64,000 nucleotides of DNA from Angustibacter luteus (GCF_039541115.1 NZ_BAABFP010000005.1:372001-436000), one strand, 5' to 3'. Shown: positions 1 through 16,487, numbered from the stretch's first letter. Numbers and translations are program-made. Notes: generated from the letters alone by a model not told the origin.

Positions 1-131
1 CGCAGCTGATGAACCAGCGCCGTCCGGTGTACGAGCGCGTCGCGACGTTCACGGTGGACACCGCGGGTCGGGACAGCGTCGACGTCGCGGACGACGTGGT
101 GGCCGGCCTGCGCTCGGCGGAGTCGGCATGA
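1..131 (+). CDS. aroK: Shikimate kinase, 3' fragment (5' end outside window)
   Basis: Frame 3 reads [20 protein letters not shown]...SA*, the typical R-x-P-x-Y C-terminus; stop overlaps the aroB start (ATGA). Confidence 0.85.
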   Translation, partial: QLMNQRRPVYERVATFTVDTAGRDSVDVADDVVAGLRSAESA

Positions 132-1219
132 GCGCGGCGACCCGGATCACGGTGTCGGGGGAGCAGCCCTACGACGTCGTCGTGGGCGAGGGGCTGCTCG
201 GTGAGCTGCCCGCGCTGGTCGGCGACGGCGTCCAGCGCGTCCTGGTCGTCCACCCGAAGGCGTTGCGCGCCACCGGCGAGGCCGTCCGGGACGACCTGGC
301 GGGGCAGGGGTTCGAGGCCTACGTCGCGGAGGTCCCGGACGCCGAGGAGGCGAAGACCGCACAGGTGGCGGCGTTCCTGTGGGGCGTGCTCGGGCAGGCT
401 GGGTTCACTCGCAGCGACGCGCTGGTCGGCGTCGGCGGGGGAGCGGTCACCGACCTCACCGGGTTCGTCGCGGCGACGTGGCTGCGTGGCGTGCGGGTCG
501 TGCACGTGCCCACCACCTTGGCCGCGATGGTGGACGCGGCGGTCGGCGGCAAGACCGGCATCAACACCAGCGACGGGAAGAACCTGGTCGGGTCGTTCCA
601 CCCGCCGGCCGGGGTGCTGTGCGACCTGACGACCTTGGAGACGTTGCCACGCAACGACTTCGTGGCCGGTCTGGCCGAGGTCGTCAAGTGCGGCTTCATC
701 GCCGACCCGGTGATCCTGGACGTCGTCGAGGCGGACCCCGCCCGCGCGACGGACTGGCGATCGGCGTCGACCCGCGACCTGGTGGAGCGCAGCGTGCGGG
801 TCAAGGCGGACGTCGTCGGGCAGGACCTGCGCGAAGCGGGTCTGCGCGAGGTGCTGAACTACGGGCACACTTTCGGGCACGCGGTCGAGCACGTCGAGCG
901 GTTCGGCTGGCGGCACGGCGCCGCGGTCAGCGTGGGACTGGTCTATGCCGCGGAGCTGGCCCGGCTGGCCGGCCGCCTGGACGACGCCACCACGCAGCGG
1001 CACGTCGACGTGCTCCGCTCGCTGGGACTGCCCACGACGTACCGGCAGGACCGCTGGGAGCAGCTGCTGAGCGCGATGAGACGCGACAAGAAGGCCCGCG
1101 GCGACCTGCTGCGGTTCGTCGTCCTGGAGGGCGTGGGGCGTCCGGTGCGACTCGAGGGTCCCGACCCGTCGCTGCTGCACGCGGCGTACGCGGAGCTCGG
1201 CGCGGAGGAGGACCGGTAG
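128..1219 (+). CDS. aroB: 3-dehydroquinate synthase
   Basis: [42 protein letters not shown] motifs. Confidence 0.97.
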   Translation: MSAATRITVSGEQPYDVVVGEGLLGELPALVGDGVQRVLVVHPKALRATGEAVRDDLAGQGFEAYVAEVPDAEEAKTAQVAAFLWGVLGQAGFTRSDALVGVGGGAVTDLTGFVAATWLRGVRVVHVPTTLAAMVDAAVGGKTGINTSDGKNLVGSFHPPAGVLCDLTTLETLPRNDFVAGLAEVVKCGFIADPVILDVVEADPARATDWRSASTRDLVERSVRVKADVVGQDLREAGLREVLNYGHTFGHAVEHVERFGWRHGAAVSVGLVYAAELARLAGRLDDATTQRHVDVLRSLGLPTTYRQDRWEQLLSAMRRDKKARGDLLRFVVLEGVGRPVRLEGPDPSLLHAAYAELGAEEDR

Positions 1220-1300
1220 GATGGTCGGCGGCCCGCGAGGGCCGGACCTCGCCTGGCTCGCCCAGGCCACCGGGTACCCCATCGATAGAGAGCGGCTGCA

Positions 1301-1861
1301 GTGGCATCGACGAACGACCTCAAGAACGGCATGGTGCTCAACCTGGAGGGCCAGCTCTGGTCCGTGGTGGAGTTCCAGCACGTCAAGCCCGGCAAGGGCC
1401 CGGCGTTCGTCCGCACCAAGCTGAAGGCCGTGCTCTCCGGCAAGGTGGTCGACAAGACCTTCAACGCCGGCACGAAGGTCGAGACGGCCAACGTCGACAA
1501 GCGGGACATGCAGTACCTGTACAAGGACGGCGACGACTTCGTCTTCATGGACGGCGACACCTATGACCAGATCCACATCAGCGCCGCCACCGTGGGCTCC
1601 GCCGCCGACTTCATGCTCGAGAACCAGTCGGCCGTGGTGGCCCTGCACGACGGCACCCCGCTGTACGTCGAGCTGCCGACGTCCGTCGTCCTGGTGATCA
1701 CCTACACCGAGCCGGGCCTGCAGGGCGACCGCTCGACCGGAGGCACCAAGCCGGCCACCCTCGAGACCGGCGCGCAGATCGCCGTCCCGCTGTTCCTCGA
1801 GACCGGCACCAGGGTCAAGGTCGACACCCGCTCGGGTGACTACCTCGGCCGGGTGAACTGA
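1301..1861 (+). CDS. efp: Elongation factor P
   Basis: [14 protein letters not shown] loop; [16 protein letters not shown]. Confidence 0.98.
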   Translation: MASTNDLKNGMVLNLEGQLWSVVEFQHVKPGKGPAFVRTKLKAVLSGKVVDKTFNAGTKVETANVDKRDMQYLYKDGDDFVFMDGDTYDQIHISAATVGSAADFMLENQSAVVALHDGTPLYVELPTSVVLVITYTEPGLQGDRSTGGTKPATLETGAQIAVPLFLETGTRVKVDTRSGDYLGRVN

Positions 1862-1867
1862 GCCCAG

Positions 1868-2278
1868 GTGGCAGCGCGCACGAAGGCACGCAAGCGCGCG
1901 GTCGACGTCCTGTTCGAGGCCGACCAGCGGCGTCGCGACGCGGTGTCCCTGCTGGCGGACCGCATCGCGCAGGCTGACCCGCCGGTGCACGAGTACACGG
2001 TCACCCTCGTCGAGGGCGTCGTCGCCCAGCGCGAGCGGCTGGACGAGCTGATCTCGACGTACTCGCAGGGCTGGACGATCGACCGCATGCCGGCGGTCGA
2101 CCGGGCCCTGCTGCGGTTGGGGATCTGGGAGATCCTGTTCAACGACGACGTCCCGGACGCGGTGGCCGTCTCCGAGGCGGTCAACCTCGCCACGTCGCTG
2201 TCGACCGACGACTCACCCTCGTTCGTCAACGGACTGCTGAGCCGGGTGCTCGAGCTCAAGCCGACCATCGCCCTCTGA
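1868..2278 (+). CDS. nusB: Transcription antitermination factor NusB
   Basis: ARTKARKRA N-terminus, DRMPAVDRALLR, FVNGLL; efp-nusB synteny. Confidence 0.96.
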   Translation: MAARTKARKRAVDVLFEADQRRRDAVSLLADRIAQADPPVHEYTVTLVEGVVAQRERLDELISTYSQGWTIDRMPAVDRALLRLGIWEILFNDDVPDAVAVSEAVNLATSLSTDDSPSFVNGLLSRVLELKPTIAL

Positions 2279-2301
2279 GGGGCCGCAGCCAGGGAGTCAC
2301 C

Positions 2302-3768
2302 GTGCCGCAACCGCACGTCCGGTTCGAGCGGGACCCCGCCGACGTGCTGCGGCAGCTGCACGAGCTGCGCGCGCAGGACGTGCCGACCCACGGCGGTCGG
2401 GTGCTGGCGTACGTCTACGACCCCGGGGTGCCGGCCGTCGACGAGCTGGCGGCCGAGGCGAGCCGGATCGCCTTGCACGTCAACGGTCTGGACCCGACGG
2501 CCTTCCCGTCCGTCGCGCGGATGGAGGCGGACCTGGTGCGCCGGGCGCGCGACCTGCTCGGCGGGGACGACGAGGTCGTCGGCAGCGTCACCAGCGGGGG
2601 CACCGAGAGCTGCCTGCTCGCGGTCAAGACGGCCCGCGACGCCTGGCGGGCCGCCGGTGGTGAGGGCCGGGCGCAGCTGGTGCTGCCGGTCACGGCGCAC
2701 CCGGCCTTCCACAAGGCGGCGCACTACCTGGACCTCGAGGTGGTGCGGGTGCCGGTCGACGGGCCCACCGGCGCCGTGACCGCGGCGGCCGTCGACTCGG
2801 TGCTGGGACCCCGGGTCGCCCTGGTCGTGGTGTCGGCACCGTCCTACCCCTACGGCGTGCTGGATCCGGTCGCGGAGGTCGCCGGACTCGCTGCGGCGCA
2901 GGGGATCGCCTGCCACGTCGACGCCTGCATCGGCGGCTGGGTGCTGCCGTACACCGACGTCGAGCAGCCGTGGGACCTGTCCCTGCCCGGCGTGACCAGC
3001 CTGTCCGTGGACCTGCACAAGTATGGCTACGTGCCGAAAGGCGCCTCGCTGCTGCTGCACCGCGGGCGCGACCGGGCGCGGTTGCAGTCGTTCGCGCTGG
3101 CCTCCTGGCCGGGGTACGCCGTGGTGAACCCGTCGATGCTCGGCTCGAAGCCTGCCGCCCCGCTGGCGGCGGCATGGGCCGTCGCAGAGGCGTTGGGGGA
3201 CAGCGGTTACCGGGCTCTGGCCGGGCGGGCGCTGGCCGCGACGGCGCGGCTGGTGGAGGTCGCCCGGTCGATCCCGGGACTGCGGGTCGTCGGGGAACCG
3301 GCGGCCACCCTGTTCGCCGTCACCGCGGACCAGACGGTGCCCGTGGCTGAACGAGTCGACCCGCACCACCTGGCCGACGCGGCTCGGGCGCGGGGTTGGG
3401 TCATCCAGCCGCAGCCCGCCCTGCAGACGTCCGAGGGTTTGCTGCCGCGCACCGCCCACCTGACCGTCACCGCCGTGACGCTCGACGTGGTCGACGAGCT
3501 GGCCGGCGCCCTCGTCGCCGCCGCGGACGACGTCCGAGGTCGCGTTCCGGCGTCCGCAGATCCCGGTCTGATGGCCGCCGCGGCCCAGCTCGACCCGGCG
3601 ACCCTGGACGCCGCGACCGCGCAGGCGCTGCTGGGGGTGGCGGGACTCGAGTCCGGCGGCGCGCTACCGGCTGAGCTGGCTCCGCTGATGGCCCTGATCG
3701 AGCAGCTGCCGCCCGGCGTGACGGAGCGCCTGCTCACGGAGTACCTCGCCCGGCTCATCGAACCCTGA
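2302..3768 (+). CDS. PLP-dependent group II decarboxylase / sphingosine-1-phosphate lyase-like protein
   Basis: TSGGTES, AHPAFHKAAHY, HVDACIGG, SVDLHKYGY (PLP lysine). Confidence 0.85.
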   Translation: MPQPHVRFERDPADVLRQLHELRAQDVPTHGGRVLAYVYDPGVPAVDELAAEASRIALHVNGLDPTAFPSVARMEADLVRRARDLLGGDDEVVGSVTSGGTESCLLAVKTARDAWRAAGGEGRAQLVLPVTAHPAFHKAAHYLDLEVVRVPVDGPTGAVTAAAVDSVLGPRVALVVVSAPSYPYGVLDPVAEVAGLAAAQGIACHVDACIGGWVLPYTDVEQPWDLSLPGVTSLSVDLHKYGYVPKGASLLLHRGRDRARLQSFALASWPGYAVVNPSMLGSKPAAPLAAAWAVAEALGDSGYRALAGRALAATARLVEVARSIPGLRVVGEPAATLFAVTADQTVPVAERVDPHHLADAARARGWVIQPQPALQTSEGLLPRTAHLTVTAVTLDVVDELAGALVAAADDVRGRVPASADPGLMAAAAQLDPATLDAATAQALLGVAGLESGGALPAELAPLMALIEQLPPGVTERLLTEYLARLIEP

Positions 3769-3822
3769 GCCCACCCCGGTTGGTGTCGCGGCGCAACGCC
3801 ACTACGCAAGGAATGGAGTAAC

Positions 3823-3862
3823 GGCACGCAGTCCCAGGTAGGCGTACTTGGGACTGCGTGCC
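3823..3862. terminator. 18-bp hairpin between convergent genes, probable bidirectional terminator
   Basis: GGCACGCAGTCCCAGGTA-ggcg-TACTTGGGACTGCGTGCC with one G-T pair. Confidence 0.75.
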
Positions 3863-3884
3863 AACGGGCGCGGCGGTTCGGCGG

Positions 3885-4391
3885 TCAGAGGCGGTCGGTG
3901 CCACCCTCGACGGCACGACGAGCATCGGGGTCGAGCACGCCCCAGGAGATGAGCTCCTCGGCGAGCATGGCCGGCGGCATGTCGTAGATGACGGCCAGCG
4001 TGCGCAGGTCGTCCTGTCGGATCGACAGCACCTTGCCGTTGTAGTCGCCGCGCTGGGACTGGATCGTCGAGGCGTACCGGGCCAGCGGTCCGGCGCGCTC
4101 GGCGGGCACGTTGCTCAGCCGCTCGAGGTCGATGACCAGCCGCGGCGGGGCCTCGACGACGGACGAGCTGCCGGCGTCCGGCAGCAGCGCGGAGACGGGT
4201 ACCCCGTAGAAGTCGGCGAGCTCAGCCAGGCGCTGGACGGTTACGGCGCGGTCCCCGCGCTCGTAGGACCCGACGACGACGGCCTTCCACTTGCCCTCGG
4301 ACCGCTCCTCCACCCCGTGCAGGGACAGGCCCTGCTGGGTGCGGATCGCCCGCAGACGCGACCCGAGAGATCGGGCGTAGTCCGTCGACAT
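3885..4391 (-). CDS. bldD: BldD c-di-GMP-binding XRE-family regulator
   Basis: YARSLGSRLRAIRTQQGLSLHGVEE...WKAVVVGSYERGDRAVTVQRLAELADFYGVP; RGD-x8-RQDD motif; nusB-bldD-pyrR synteny; GAGGAG SD before ATG at 4391. Confidence 0.95.
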   Translation of the reverse strand: MSTDYARSLGSRLRAIRTQQGLSLHGVEERSEGKWKAVVVGSYERGDRAVTVQRLAELADFYGVPVSALLPDAGSSSVVEAPPRLVIDLERLSNVPAERAGPLARYASTIQSQRGDYNGKVLSIRQDDLRTLAVIYDMPPAMLAEELISWGVLDPDARRAVEGGTDRL

Positions 4392-4460
4392 CGGTACTCC
4401 TCGCTCTGACCCGGCCGGTCCACGGGCCGCTGACGCCGGGTCGTCAGCTGCCTCCATATG

Positions 4461-4475
4461 GTCACGGAGCGTAAC
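4461..4475. promoter_or_regulatory. BldD-box-like operator in the bldD promoter
   Basis: GTCACGGAGCGTAAC, one mismatch to NTNACNC(A/T)GNGTNAN; lies between TTGACG and GACCAT on the minus strand. Confidence 0.65.
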
Positions 4476-4533
4476 GGATCGCGTCAAGTCTGAACACGCG
4501 AACCGACCCGATTAGGCCCCGAATGGGTGCTAG

Positions 4534-6163
<1,630 letters not shown>

Positions 6164-6167
<4 letters not shown>

Positions 6168-7477
6168 GCTCGTACCTGCTGCGCGGCGTCCGGCCGCTCG
6201 GTGGTGACCCGACCGACCTGCTGCTGCGGGACGGCGTGATCGCGGCCATCGGCCCGGACCTCGGCTCCGACGCGGACGACGAGACCACGGTCGTGGACGG
6301 CGCCGGCCTGGTCGTGCTGCCCGGCCTGGTCGACCTGCACACCCACCTCCGCGAACCGGGACGCGAGGACGCGGAGACCGTCGAGTCCGGCACCCGGGCC
6401 GCGGCCGCTGGCGGCTTCACCGCCGTGCACGCCATGGCCAACACGGACCCGGTGGCCGACACCGCCGGGGTCGTGGAGCAGGTGTGGCGGCTCGGCCGCG
6501 AGGCCGGCTGGGTCGACGTGCGGCCCGTCGGTGCGGTCACGGTCGGGCTGGCCGGCGAGCGGCTGGCCGAGCTCGGTGCGATGGCGGACTCGGCCGCCCA
6601 GGTCCGGGTGTTCAGCGACGACGGGCACTGCGTGGACGACGCGGTCCTCATGCGCCGCGCCCTGGAGTACGTCAAGGCGTTCGACGGCGTCGTGGCCCAG
6701 CACGCCCAGGAGCCCCGGCTCACCGTGGGCGCGCAGATGCACGAGGGCGACGTGTCCGGGGTCCTCGGCCTGACCGGCTGGCCGGCGGTCGCGGAGGAGG
6801 CGATCATCGCCCGGGACGTGCTGCTGGCCGAGCACGTCGGCTCCCGGCTGCACGTCTGCCACGTGTCCACCGCGGGCTCGGTCGAGATCGTCCGGTGGGC
6901 GAAGTCGCGCGGGGTCGACGTCACGGCTGAGGTCACCCCGCACCACCTGGTGCTCACCGACGAGCTGGTCCGCACCTACGACCCCCGCTTCAAGGTCAAC
7001 CCGCCGCTGCGGTCGTCGTCCGACGTCGAGGCGCTGCGCGCGGCGCTGGCCGACGGCACCATCGACGCCGTCGCCACCGACCACGCCCCGCACCCCAGCG
7101 AGGACAAGGACTGCGAGTGGCTCGCCGCGGCCATGGGGATGACCGGGCTCGAGACGGCGCTCTCCGTGGTCATCGAGACCATGGTCGAGACCGGCCTGCT
7201 GGACTGGGCCGGGGTCGCGGACCGCATGTCCGTCCGTCCCTCCGCGATCGGCCGGGTCAGCGGCCACGGCCGCGCGATCGAGGTCGGCGAGCCGGCGAAC
7301 CTGACGCTGGTGGACCCGCAGGCCCGCTGGACGGTCGACCCCGCGCGGCAGCAGACGGCCAGCCGCAACACCCCGTTCGCCGGGCGCGAGATGCACGGCC
7401 GGGTGGTCGCGACCTTCCTGCGTGGTCGCGCCACCGTGCTGGAAGGCCAGCCGATCGAGCACCGGGAGCTCGTGTGA
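6164..7477 (+). CDS. pyrC: Dihydroorotase
   Basis: [27 protein letters not shown] overlaps the pyrB stop. Confidence 0.97.
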
Positions 7478-7989
7478 GCCGGGGGCCGGCGGTCGCCATC
7501 GTCGCCGTCCTGGTGCTGCTCGCCTGGGCCGGGATGTGGTGGGGCTGGCGTTCCCGTACCCGCCGCCAGCGCGACGTCCCCGCGCCGCCGGCGCCGTCGC
7601 AGGCGCTGGCCGACCGCACGGCGAACGAGGGCGTCGAGGCGACCTACGTGTCGACGACGGCGGCGAACGACTGGCTCGACCGGATCGCCGTGCACGGGCT
7701 CGGCGTCCGCAGCGACGCGCGGGTGCTGGCCACGGACGACGGCATCGCGGTCGTCCGCGAGGGCGCACCGGACCTGCTCGTCCCCGCCGTCGACCTGCGA
7801 GAGGTCCGGCGCGAGAGCGTGCGGGCCGGCAAGGCCGTGACCGGGCAGGGACTCCTGGTCTGGGACTGGGACCTGGGCGGCGCCACGGTGAGCACGGCGG
7901 TGGCGGCGCGGCACGACGGCGACCGGGACGCGCTCGAGCAGCAGATCAAGGCCCTCATCGACCAGCACCACCAGCAGGAGGCGAAGTGA
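7474..7989 (+). CDS. Conserved membrane-anchored protein of the actinobacterial pyr operon (Rv1382-like)
   Basis: N-terminal TM segment then [13 protein letters not shown]...[15 protein letters not shown] coupling on both sides. Confidence 0.8.
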   Translation: MSRGPAVAIVAVLVLLAWAGMWWGWRSRTRRQRDVPAPPAPSQALADRTANEGVEATYVSTTAANDWLDRIAVHGLGVRSDARVLATDDGIAVVREGAPDLLVPAVDLREVRRESVRAGKAVTGQGLLVWDWDLGGATVSTAVAARHDGDRDALEQQIKALIDQHHQQEAK

Positions 7990-9118
7990 CGCAGGCGCTG
8001 CTCGTCCTGGAGGACGGCCGCACGTTCCGCGGCGAACCGTTCGGGGCCACCGGCCGGTGCGTCGGTGAGGCGGTGTTCTCCACCGGGATGACCGGCTACC
8101 AGGAGACGCTGACCGACCCGAGCTACCACCGCCAGGTCGTCGTGCAGACCGCGCCGCACATCGGCAACACCGGCGTGAACGACGAGGACGGCGAGTCGTC
8201 GCGCATCTGGGTGTCCGGCTACGTCGTCCGCGACCCCTCCCCGCGCCCGTCCAGCTGGCGCTCTCGCCGCTCGCTCGGCGACGAGCTGGCCGCGCAGGGC
8301 GTCGTCGGCATCGCCGGCGTCGACACCCGGGCGCTGACCCGGCACCTGCGCGAGCGCGGGGCGATGCGCGCCGGGGTGTTCTCCGGCCCGGACGCCGAGC
8401 TGGCTGTCGCGGACCTGCTGGACGTCGTCCGGTCGGCTCCGCAGATGGCCGGGGCGGCGCTCGCCCAGGAGGTCTCCACCGACCAGCCCTACGTGGTGGA
8501 GCCGGTGGGGGACAAGCGGTTCACGGTGGTCGCGCTGGACCTCGGCATCAAGTCGATGACCCCGCAGCGGATGGCCGAGCACGGGATGCGCGTGCACGTG
8601 CTGCCGGCCGATGCCGGCATCGACGACGTGATCGCGCTCGAGCCGGACGGCGTGTTCTTCAGCAACGGCCCGGGGGACCCGGCCACCGCCGACCCGCAGG
8701 TGACGCTGCTGCGGGACGTGCTCGAACGGCGGATCCCGTTCTTCGGGATCTGCTTCGGCAACCAGCTGCTGGGTCGGGCCCTCGGGTTCGGCACCTACAA
8801 GCTGGGCTACGGCCACCGCGGCATCAACCAGCCGGTGATGGACCGCACGACGGGCAAGGTCGAGGTCACCGCGCACAACCACGGGTTCGCCGTGGACGCC
8901 CCCCGGGACGGCGAGTCGCAGACCCCGTTCGGCCGGGCCCGGGTGAGCCACGTGTGCCTGAACGACGACGTCGTCGAGGGCCTCGAGTGCCTGGACGTGC
9001 CGGCCTTCTCGGTGCAGTACCACCCGGAGGCTGCGGCCGGACCGCACGACGCGGCGTACCTGTTCGACCGGTTCGCCGACCTGATGACGCACGCCAGCGA
9101 CGAAGGGAAGGGCGCCTG

Positions 9119-9119
<1 letters not shown>
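7986..9119 (+). CDS. carA: Carbamoyl-phosphate synthase small subunit
   Basis: [35 protein letters not shown]. Confidence 0.98.
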
Positions 9120-12402
<3,283 letters not shown>

Positions 12403-12406
<4 letters not shown>

Positions 12407-13299
12407 GCGTGCCGTCCTCCCGCCGACCCGGGGGACCGGTCCAGGTCGCCGGGCGGATCATCTCCGTCCGTCGCGTGGGCGCCTACCAGCACCTGACGAT
12501 CCTGGCGCCGGGGGTGGCCGAGACGGCCCGGCCGGGCCAGTTCGTCGCCCTCGCGGTCGGCGGCGAGCGGACCGGCATGCTGCTGCGCCGCTCGTTCTCG
12601 ATCCACAAGGTCACGCCCACCGGGGTGTACGGCGGCACGGTCGACGTCGTGGTGGCCGACGCCGGTCGCGGCACGCACTGGCTGACCACCCGCGGGGTGG
12701 GTGAGCCGGTCGACGTCGTCGGCCCGCTGGGCCGGGCGTTCCCGCTGCCGAAGACGCCCGAGGCGTGCGTGCTGGTCGGCGGTGGCTACGGCACGGCGCC
12801 GCTGTTCTGGCTGGCGGACGTCCTGCGCGAGCGCGGCTGCCGGGTGGACATCATCCTGGGCGCGGCCAGCGAGGACCGGCTGTTCGGGGTGCTGGAGGCG
12901 CGGCGGTCGTCGACCACGTCGACCGTCACCACGGACGACGGCTCCGCCGGCACGAAGGGGCGGGTGACCAACGTCCTCGGCGAGGTGATCGACCGCGCCG
13001 ACGCGTCCGTCGTGTATGCCTGCGGCCCGATGGCCATGCTGCGCGCCGTGACCGACGTCGCCACCGCGCACGGCGCCGTCGCGCAGGTAGCGGTCGAGGA
13101 GTCGATGGCTTGCGGCATCGGCATCTGCATGACCTGCGTGATGCCGGTCGAGGGCCCGGACGGGCAGACCCGGATGCTGCGCTCCTGCGTCGAGGGACCG
13201 GTCTTCCGCGGTGACACGGTGCGCTGGGAGTCCTGGCAGGACGGCATCGGCCGGGTGCCCGACGACTGCGTCGGCGCGGCCGCGATGAGGAGCCACTGA
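12403..13299 (+). CDS. pyrK: Dihydroorotate dehydrogenase electron-transfer subunit
   Basis: [27 protein letters not shown]...C 2Fe-2S motif. Confidence 0.93.
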
Positions 13300-14279
13300 T
13301 GACGCTGGACGTCGCCACGGTCGACATGACGGCCCGGATCGGTTCGCTGACCCTGCCGAACCCGCTGATGACGGCCTCCGGCTGCGCCGCGGCGGGTCGC
13401 GAGCTGCACCAGTTCTTCGACGTGGGCGAGCTGGGGGCCGTGGTCACCAAGTCGGTGATGACGGCGCCGCGGTCCGGCCGGGACACCCCGCGGATGGCCG
13501 AGACGGACAGCGGCATGCTCAACTCGATCGGCCTGCAGGGCCCGGGGATCGACGCGTTCGTCGAGAAGGACCTGGCCTGGCTGCGCGAGGTCGGCGCCCG
13601 GGCGGTGGTGTCGATCGCCGGCAGCAGCGTGCAGGAGTTCCGCGACCTCGCCGCCCGGCTGGCGGACGAGCCCGGGGTAGCGGCCATCGAGGTCAACATC
13701 TCGTGCCCCAACGTCGCGAACCGCGGTCTGGTGTTCGCCTGCGAGCCGACGTCCGCGGCCTCCGTGGTCGCGGCCGTGCGCGCGGTGCTCCCGCCGACCA
13801 TCCCGCTGCTGGCCAAGCTCTCGCCGGACGTCACGGACATCGTGGAGATCGCCGCGGCCTGCGTGTCCGCCGGCGCGGACGGGCTGACGATGATCAACAC
13901 GTTGCTGGGCATCAGCATCGACGTCGACCGGATGCGCCCGCGGCTGGCCGGGCTCACCGGTGGGCTGAGCGGCCCGGCGGTCCGGCCGGTGGCAGTGCGG
14001 TGCATCTGGCAGGTGCAGGCCGCCATGCTCGCCGGGCGGCTGCCCACGGTTCCGATCGTGGGGGTCGGGGGAGTCCGGACCGGCCTCGACGCCCTGGAGC
14101 TGGTGCTGGCGGGGGCCTGCGCGGTCCAGGTCGGCACCGTCGCCTTCCACGACCCGAGCGCGCCCCTGCGGGTGCGGGACGAGCTCGCGAAGGCTGTGCA
14201 GGAGCGCGGTTTCAGCAGCTTCATGGATGCCGTCGGTCACGCCCATCGGGTGCTGGCCACAGCGGAGGGAACGCGATGA
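13299..14279 (+). CDS. pyrD: Dihydroorotate dehydrogenase class 1B catalytic subunit
   Basis: NPLMTASGC, MLNSIGLQGPG, EVNISCPN, GGLSGPA. Confidence 0.96.
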   Translation: MTLDVATVDMTARIGSLTLPNPLMTASGCAAAGRELHQFFDVGELGAVVTKSVMTAPRSGRDTPRMAETDSGMLNSIGLQGPGIDAFVEKDLAWLREVGARAVVSIAGSSVQEFRDLAARLADEPGVAAIEVNISCPNVANRGLVFACEPTSAASVVAAVRAVLPPTIPLLAKLSPDVTDIVEIAAACVSAGADGLTMINTLLGISIDVDRMRPRLAGLTGGLSGPAVRPVAVRCIWQVQAAMLAGRLPTVPIVGVGGVRTGLDALELVLAGACAVQVGTVAFHDPSAPLRVRDELAKAVQERGFSSFMDAVGHAHRVLATAEGTR

Positions 14280-15127
14280 TCGCACCGTTCGGGATCCGGT
14301 TGAGGTCCTTGATGAACAAGCGTGGGGCGCTCTGCGTCGGGATCGACCCGCACGCGTCGCTGCTGTCCGCCTGGGGCCTGGACGACGACGCCCGTGGTCT
14401 CGAGCGGTTCGCGATGACCTGCGTCGAGGCACTGGCCGGGCAGGTCGCCGTGCTGAAGCCGCAGTCCGCGTTCTTCGAGCGGCACGGCTCGGCCGGGGTC
14501 GCCGTGCTGGAGCGGGTCGTGCGCGAGGCCCGCGAGGCCGGCGCGCTGGTCATCACCGACGCCAAGCGCGGGGACATCGGCTCGACGATGACCGCCTACG
14601 CGCAGGCCTACCTCGACCAGTCCAGCCCTCTGGCGACGGACGCGCTCACGGTGAACCCGTACCTGGGCTACGAGTCACTGCGGCCGGCACTGGACCTGGC
14701 TGCGGCGCAACGGTGCGGCATCTTCGTGCTCGGCCTCACCTCGAACCCGGAGGCCGGCCAGGTACAGCACGCGGTCGGGCCGCAGGGGGGTTCGGTGGCG
14801 GCGGCGATCGTGGCCGGGGTGAGCGCCGACAACGCGGGCTGCCCCGACCTCGGCGACGTCGGGCTCGTCGTCGGCGCGACCATCGGCTCGGCGGTTACGG
14901 ACCTCGGGATCGACCTGGCCGCCAGCCACGCGCCACTGCTGGCGCCCGGGATCGGCGCGCAGGGTGCCGGTGCGGGCGAGCTCGCGAAGGTGTTCGGCGC
15001 GGCGGTCCGCAACGTGCTGCCCTCCTCGTCGCGCGAGGTGCTCGGTGCGGGGCCCTCGGTGACGGCGCTGCAGGACGCGGCCGACCGGACGCTGGACGCC
15101 TGCCGGGCCGTGCTGGGTGAGCCCTGA
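14276..15127 (+). CDS. pyrF: Orotidine-5'-phosphate decarboxylase
   Basis: LCVGIDPH, KPQSAFFE, DAKRGDIGST, LAPGIGAQG. Confidence 0.96.
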   Translation: MIAPFGIRLRSLMNKRGALCVGIDPHASLLSAWGLDDDARGLERFAMTCVEALAGQVAVLKPQSAFFERHGSAGVAVLERVVREAREAGALVITDAKRGDIGSTMTAYAQAYLDQSSPLATDALTVNPYLGYESLRPALDLAAAQRCGIFVLGLTSNPEAGQVQHAVGPQGGSVAAAIVAGVSADNAGCPDLGDVGLVVGATIGSAVTDLGIDLAASHAPLLAPGIGAQGAGAGELAKVFGAAVRNVLPSSSREVLGAGPSVTALQDAADRTLDACRAVLGEP

Positions 15128-15257
15128 CGAACCGCCAGACGTCGTCCGCCGGCCGAACTGCCGGGTCTCGTTGCCGCAGTGGGCGATGAGTCGCTAGGTT
15201 CTGACCCTGCCCGCAGCAAACCCTGGGGGCTCCGACCGACCCTCGAGGTGACGCATC

Positions 15258-15578
15258 GTGGCCCTGCCGCCCCTGACCCCGGAGCAGCGTCAGGCTGCGC
15301 TCGAGAAGGCTGCCGCGGCGCGCCGTGAGCGCGCGGAGGTCAAGAGCCGGCTGAAGCACGCGCAGGGCTCCCTGGAGGACGTGATCGTCGAGGGCCAGCG
15401 CAACGACGTGATCGGCAAGATGAAGGTCTCGGCGCTGCTCGAGGCCATGCCTGGGGTCGGCAAGGTGCGGGCCCGCCAGATCATGGACGAGCTGGCCATC
15501 TCGGAGAGCCGCCGGGTGCGCGGGCTGGGCTCCAAGCAGGCGTCCGCGCTCGTCGCGCGGTTCTCGACCGGATCGTGA
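15258..15578 (+). CDS. mihF: Actinobacterial integration host factor
   Basis: [46 protein letters not shown]. Confidence 0.96.
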   Translation: MALPPLTPEQRQAALEKAAAARRERAEVKSRLKHAQGSLEDVIVEGQRNDVIGKMKVSALLEAMPGVGKVRARQIMDELAISESRRVRGLGSKQASALVARFSTGS

Positions 15579-16144
15579 GCGACGTCGCTCGACGTCGGCT
15601 CACGGTCCTCGCCGGCCCGACCGCGGTCGGCAAGGGCACGGTCTCGGCCTTCGTGCGCGACCAGTACCCGCAGGTCTGGCTCTCGGTGTCGGCGACGACC
15701 CGGTCGCCCCGCCCCGGCGAGGTGGACGGCGTGCACTACCACTTCGTGGACGACGCCCGGTTCGACGCGATGGTGGCCGGCGGCGAGCTGCTGGAGTGGG
15801 CAGTCGTGCACGGGAGGAACCGCTACGGCACGCCGCGCGGCCCGGTCGAGGCCGCCCTGGCGGCGGGCCAGGCCGCCCTGCTCGAGATCGACCTGCAGGG
15901 CGCTCGACAGGTCCGCGAGACGATGCCGCAGGCCCGCTTCGTCTTCCTCGCCCCGCCCAGCTGGGACGAGCTCGTGCGCCGGTTGGTGGGCCGTGGCACG
16001 GAGTCGGAGGAGGAGCGCGAGCGGCGGCTGCGCACGGCGCGCGAGGAGCTCGCGGCGGAGCCGGAGTTCGACGTGACGATCGTCAACGACGACGTGCAGC
16101 GGGCCAGCGCGGCGCTCGTGCAGCAGATGGGTCTCGCGATCTGA
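15575..16144 (+). CDS. gmk: Guanylate kinase
   Basis: [30 protein letters not shown]. Confidence 0.97.
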   Translation: MSDVARRRLTVLAGPTAVGKGTVSAFVRDQYPQVWLSVSATTRSPRPGEVDGVHYHFVDDARFDAMVAGGELLEWAVVHGRNRYGTPRGPVEAALAAGQAALLEIDLQGARQVRETMPQARFVFLAPPSWDELVRRLVGRGTESEEERERRLRTAREELAAEPEFDVTIVNDDVQRASAALVQQMGLAI

Positions 16145-16192
16145 CACAATGGACGGTGGATCCGCCTGTACGTCGACGAAACGAGACTCTCC

Positions 16193-16456
16193 GTGTCCGG
16201 CACCATCGCTGTTCCCGAAGGCATCACGAACCCCCCGATCGACGACCTGCTGAAGGTCGCCGACTCGAAGTACGCCCTGGTCATCTACGGCGCCAAGCGC
16301 GCCCGTCAGATCAACGCCTACTACTCCCAGCTCGGCGAGGGCCTGCTCGAGTACGTCGGCCCGCTGGTCGAGACGCACGTGCACGAGAAGCCGCTGAGCA
16401 TCGCACTGCGCGAGATCAACGAGGGTCTGCTGACCTCCGAGCCTGCCGAGGCGTGA
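16193..16456 (+). CDS. rpoZ: RNA polymerase omega subunit
   Basis: [11 protein letters not shown]...[17 protein letters not shown]...[10 protein letters not shown]. Confidence 0.97.
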   Translation: MSGTIAVPEGITNPPIDDLLKVADSKYALVIYGAKRARQINAYYSQLGEGLLEYVGPLVETHVHEKPLSIALREINEGLLTSEPAEA

Positions 16457-16487
16457 GCTGAACCAGGCTGGCGAACGCCCCCACGTC

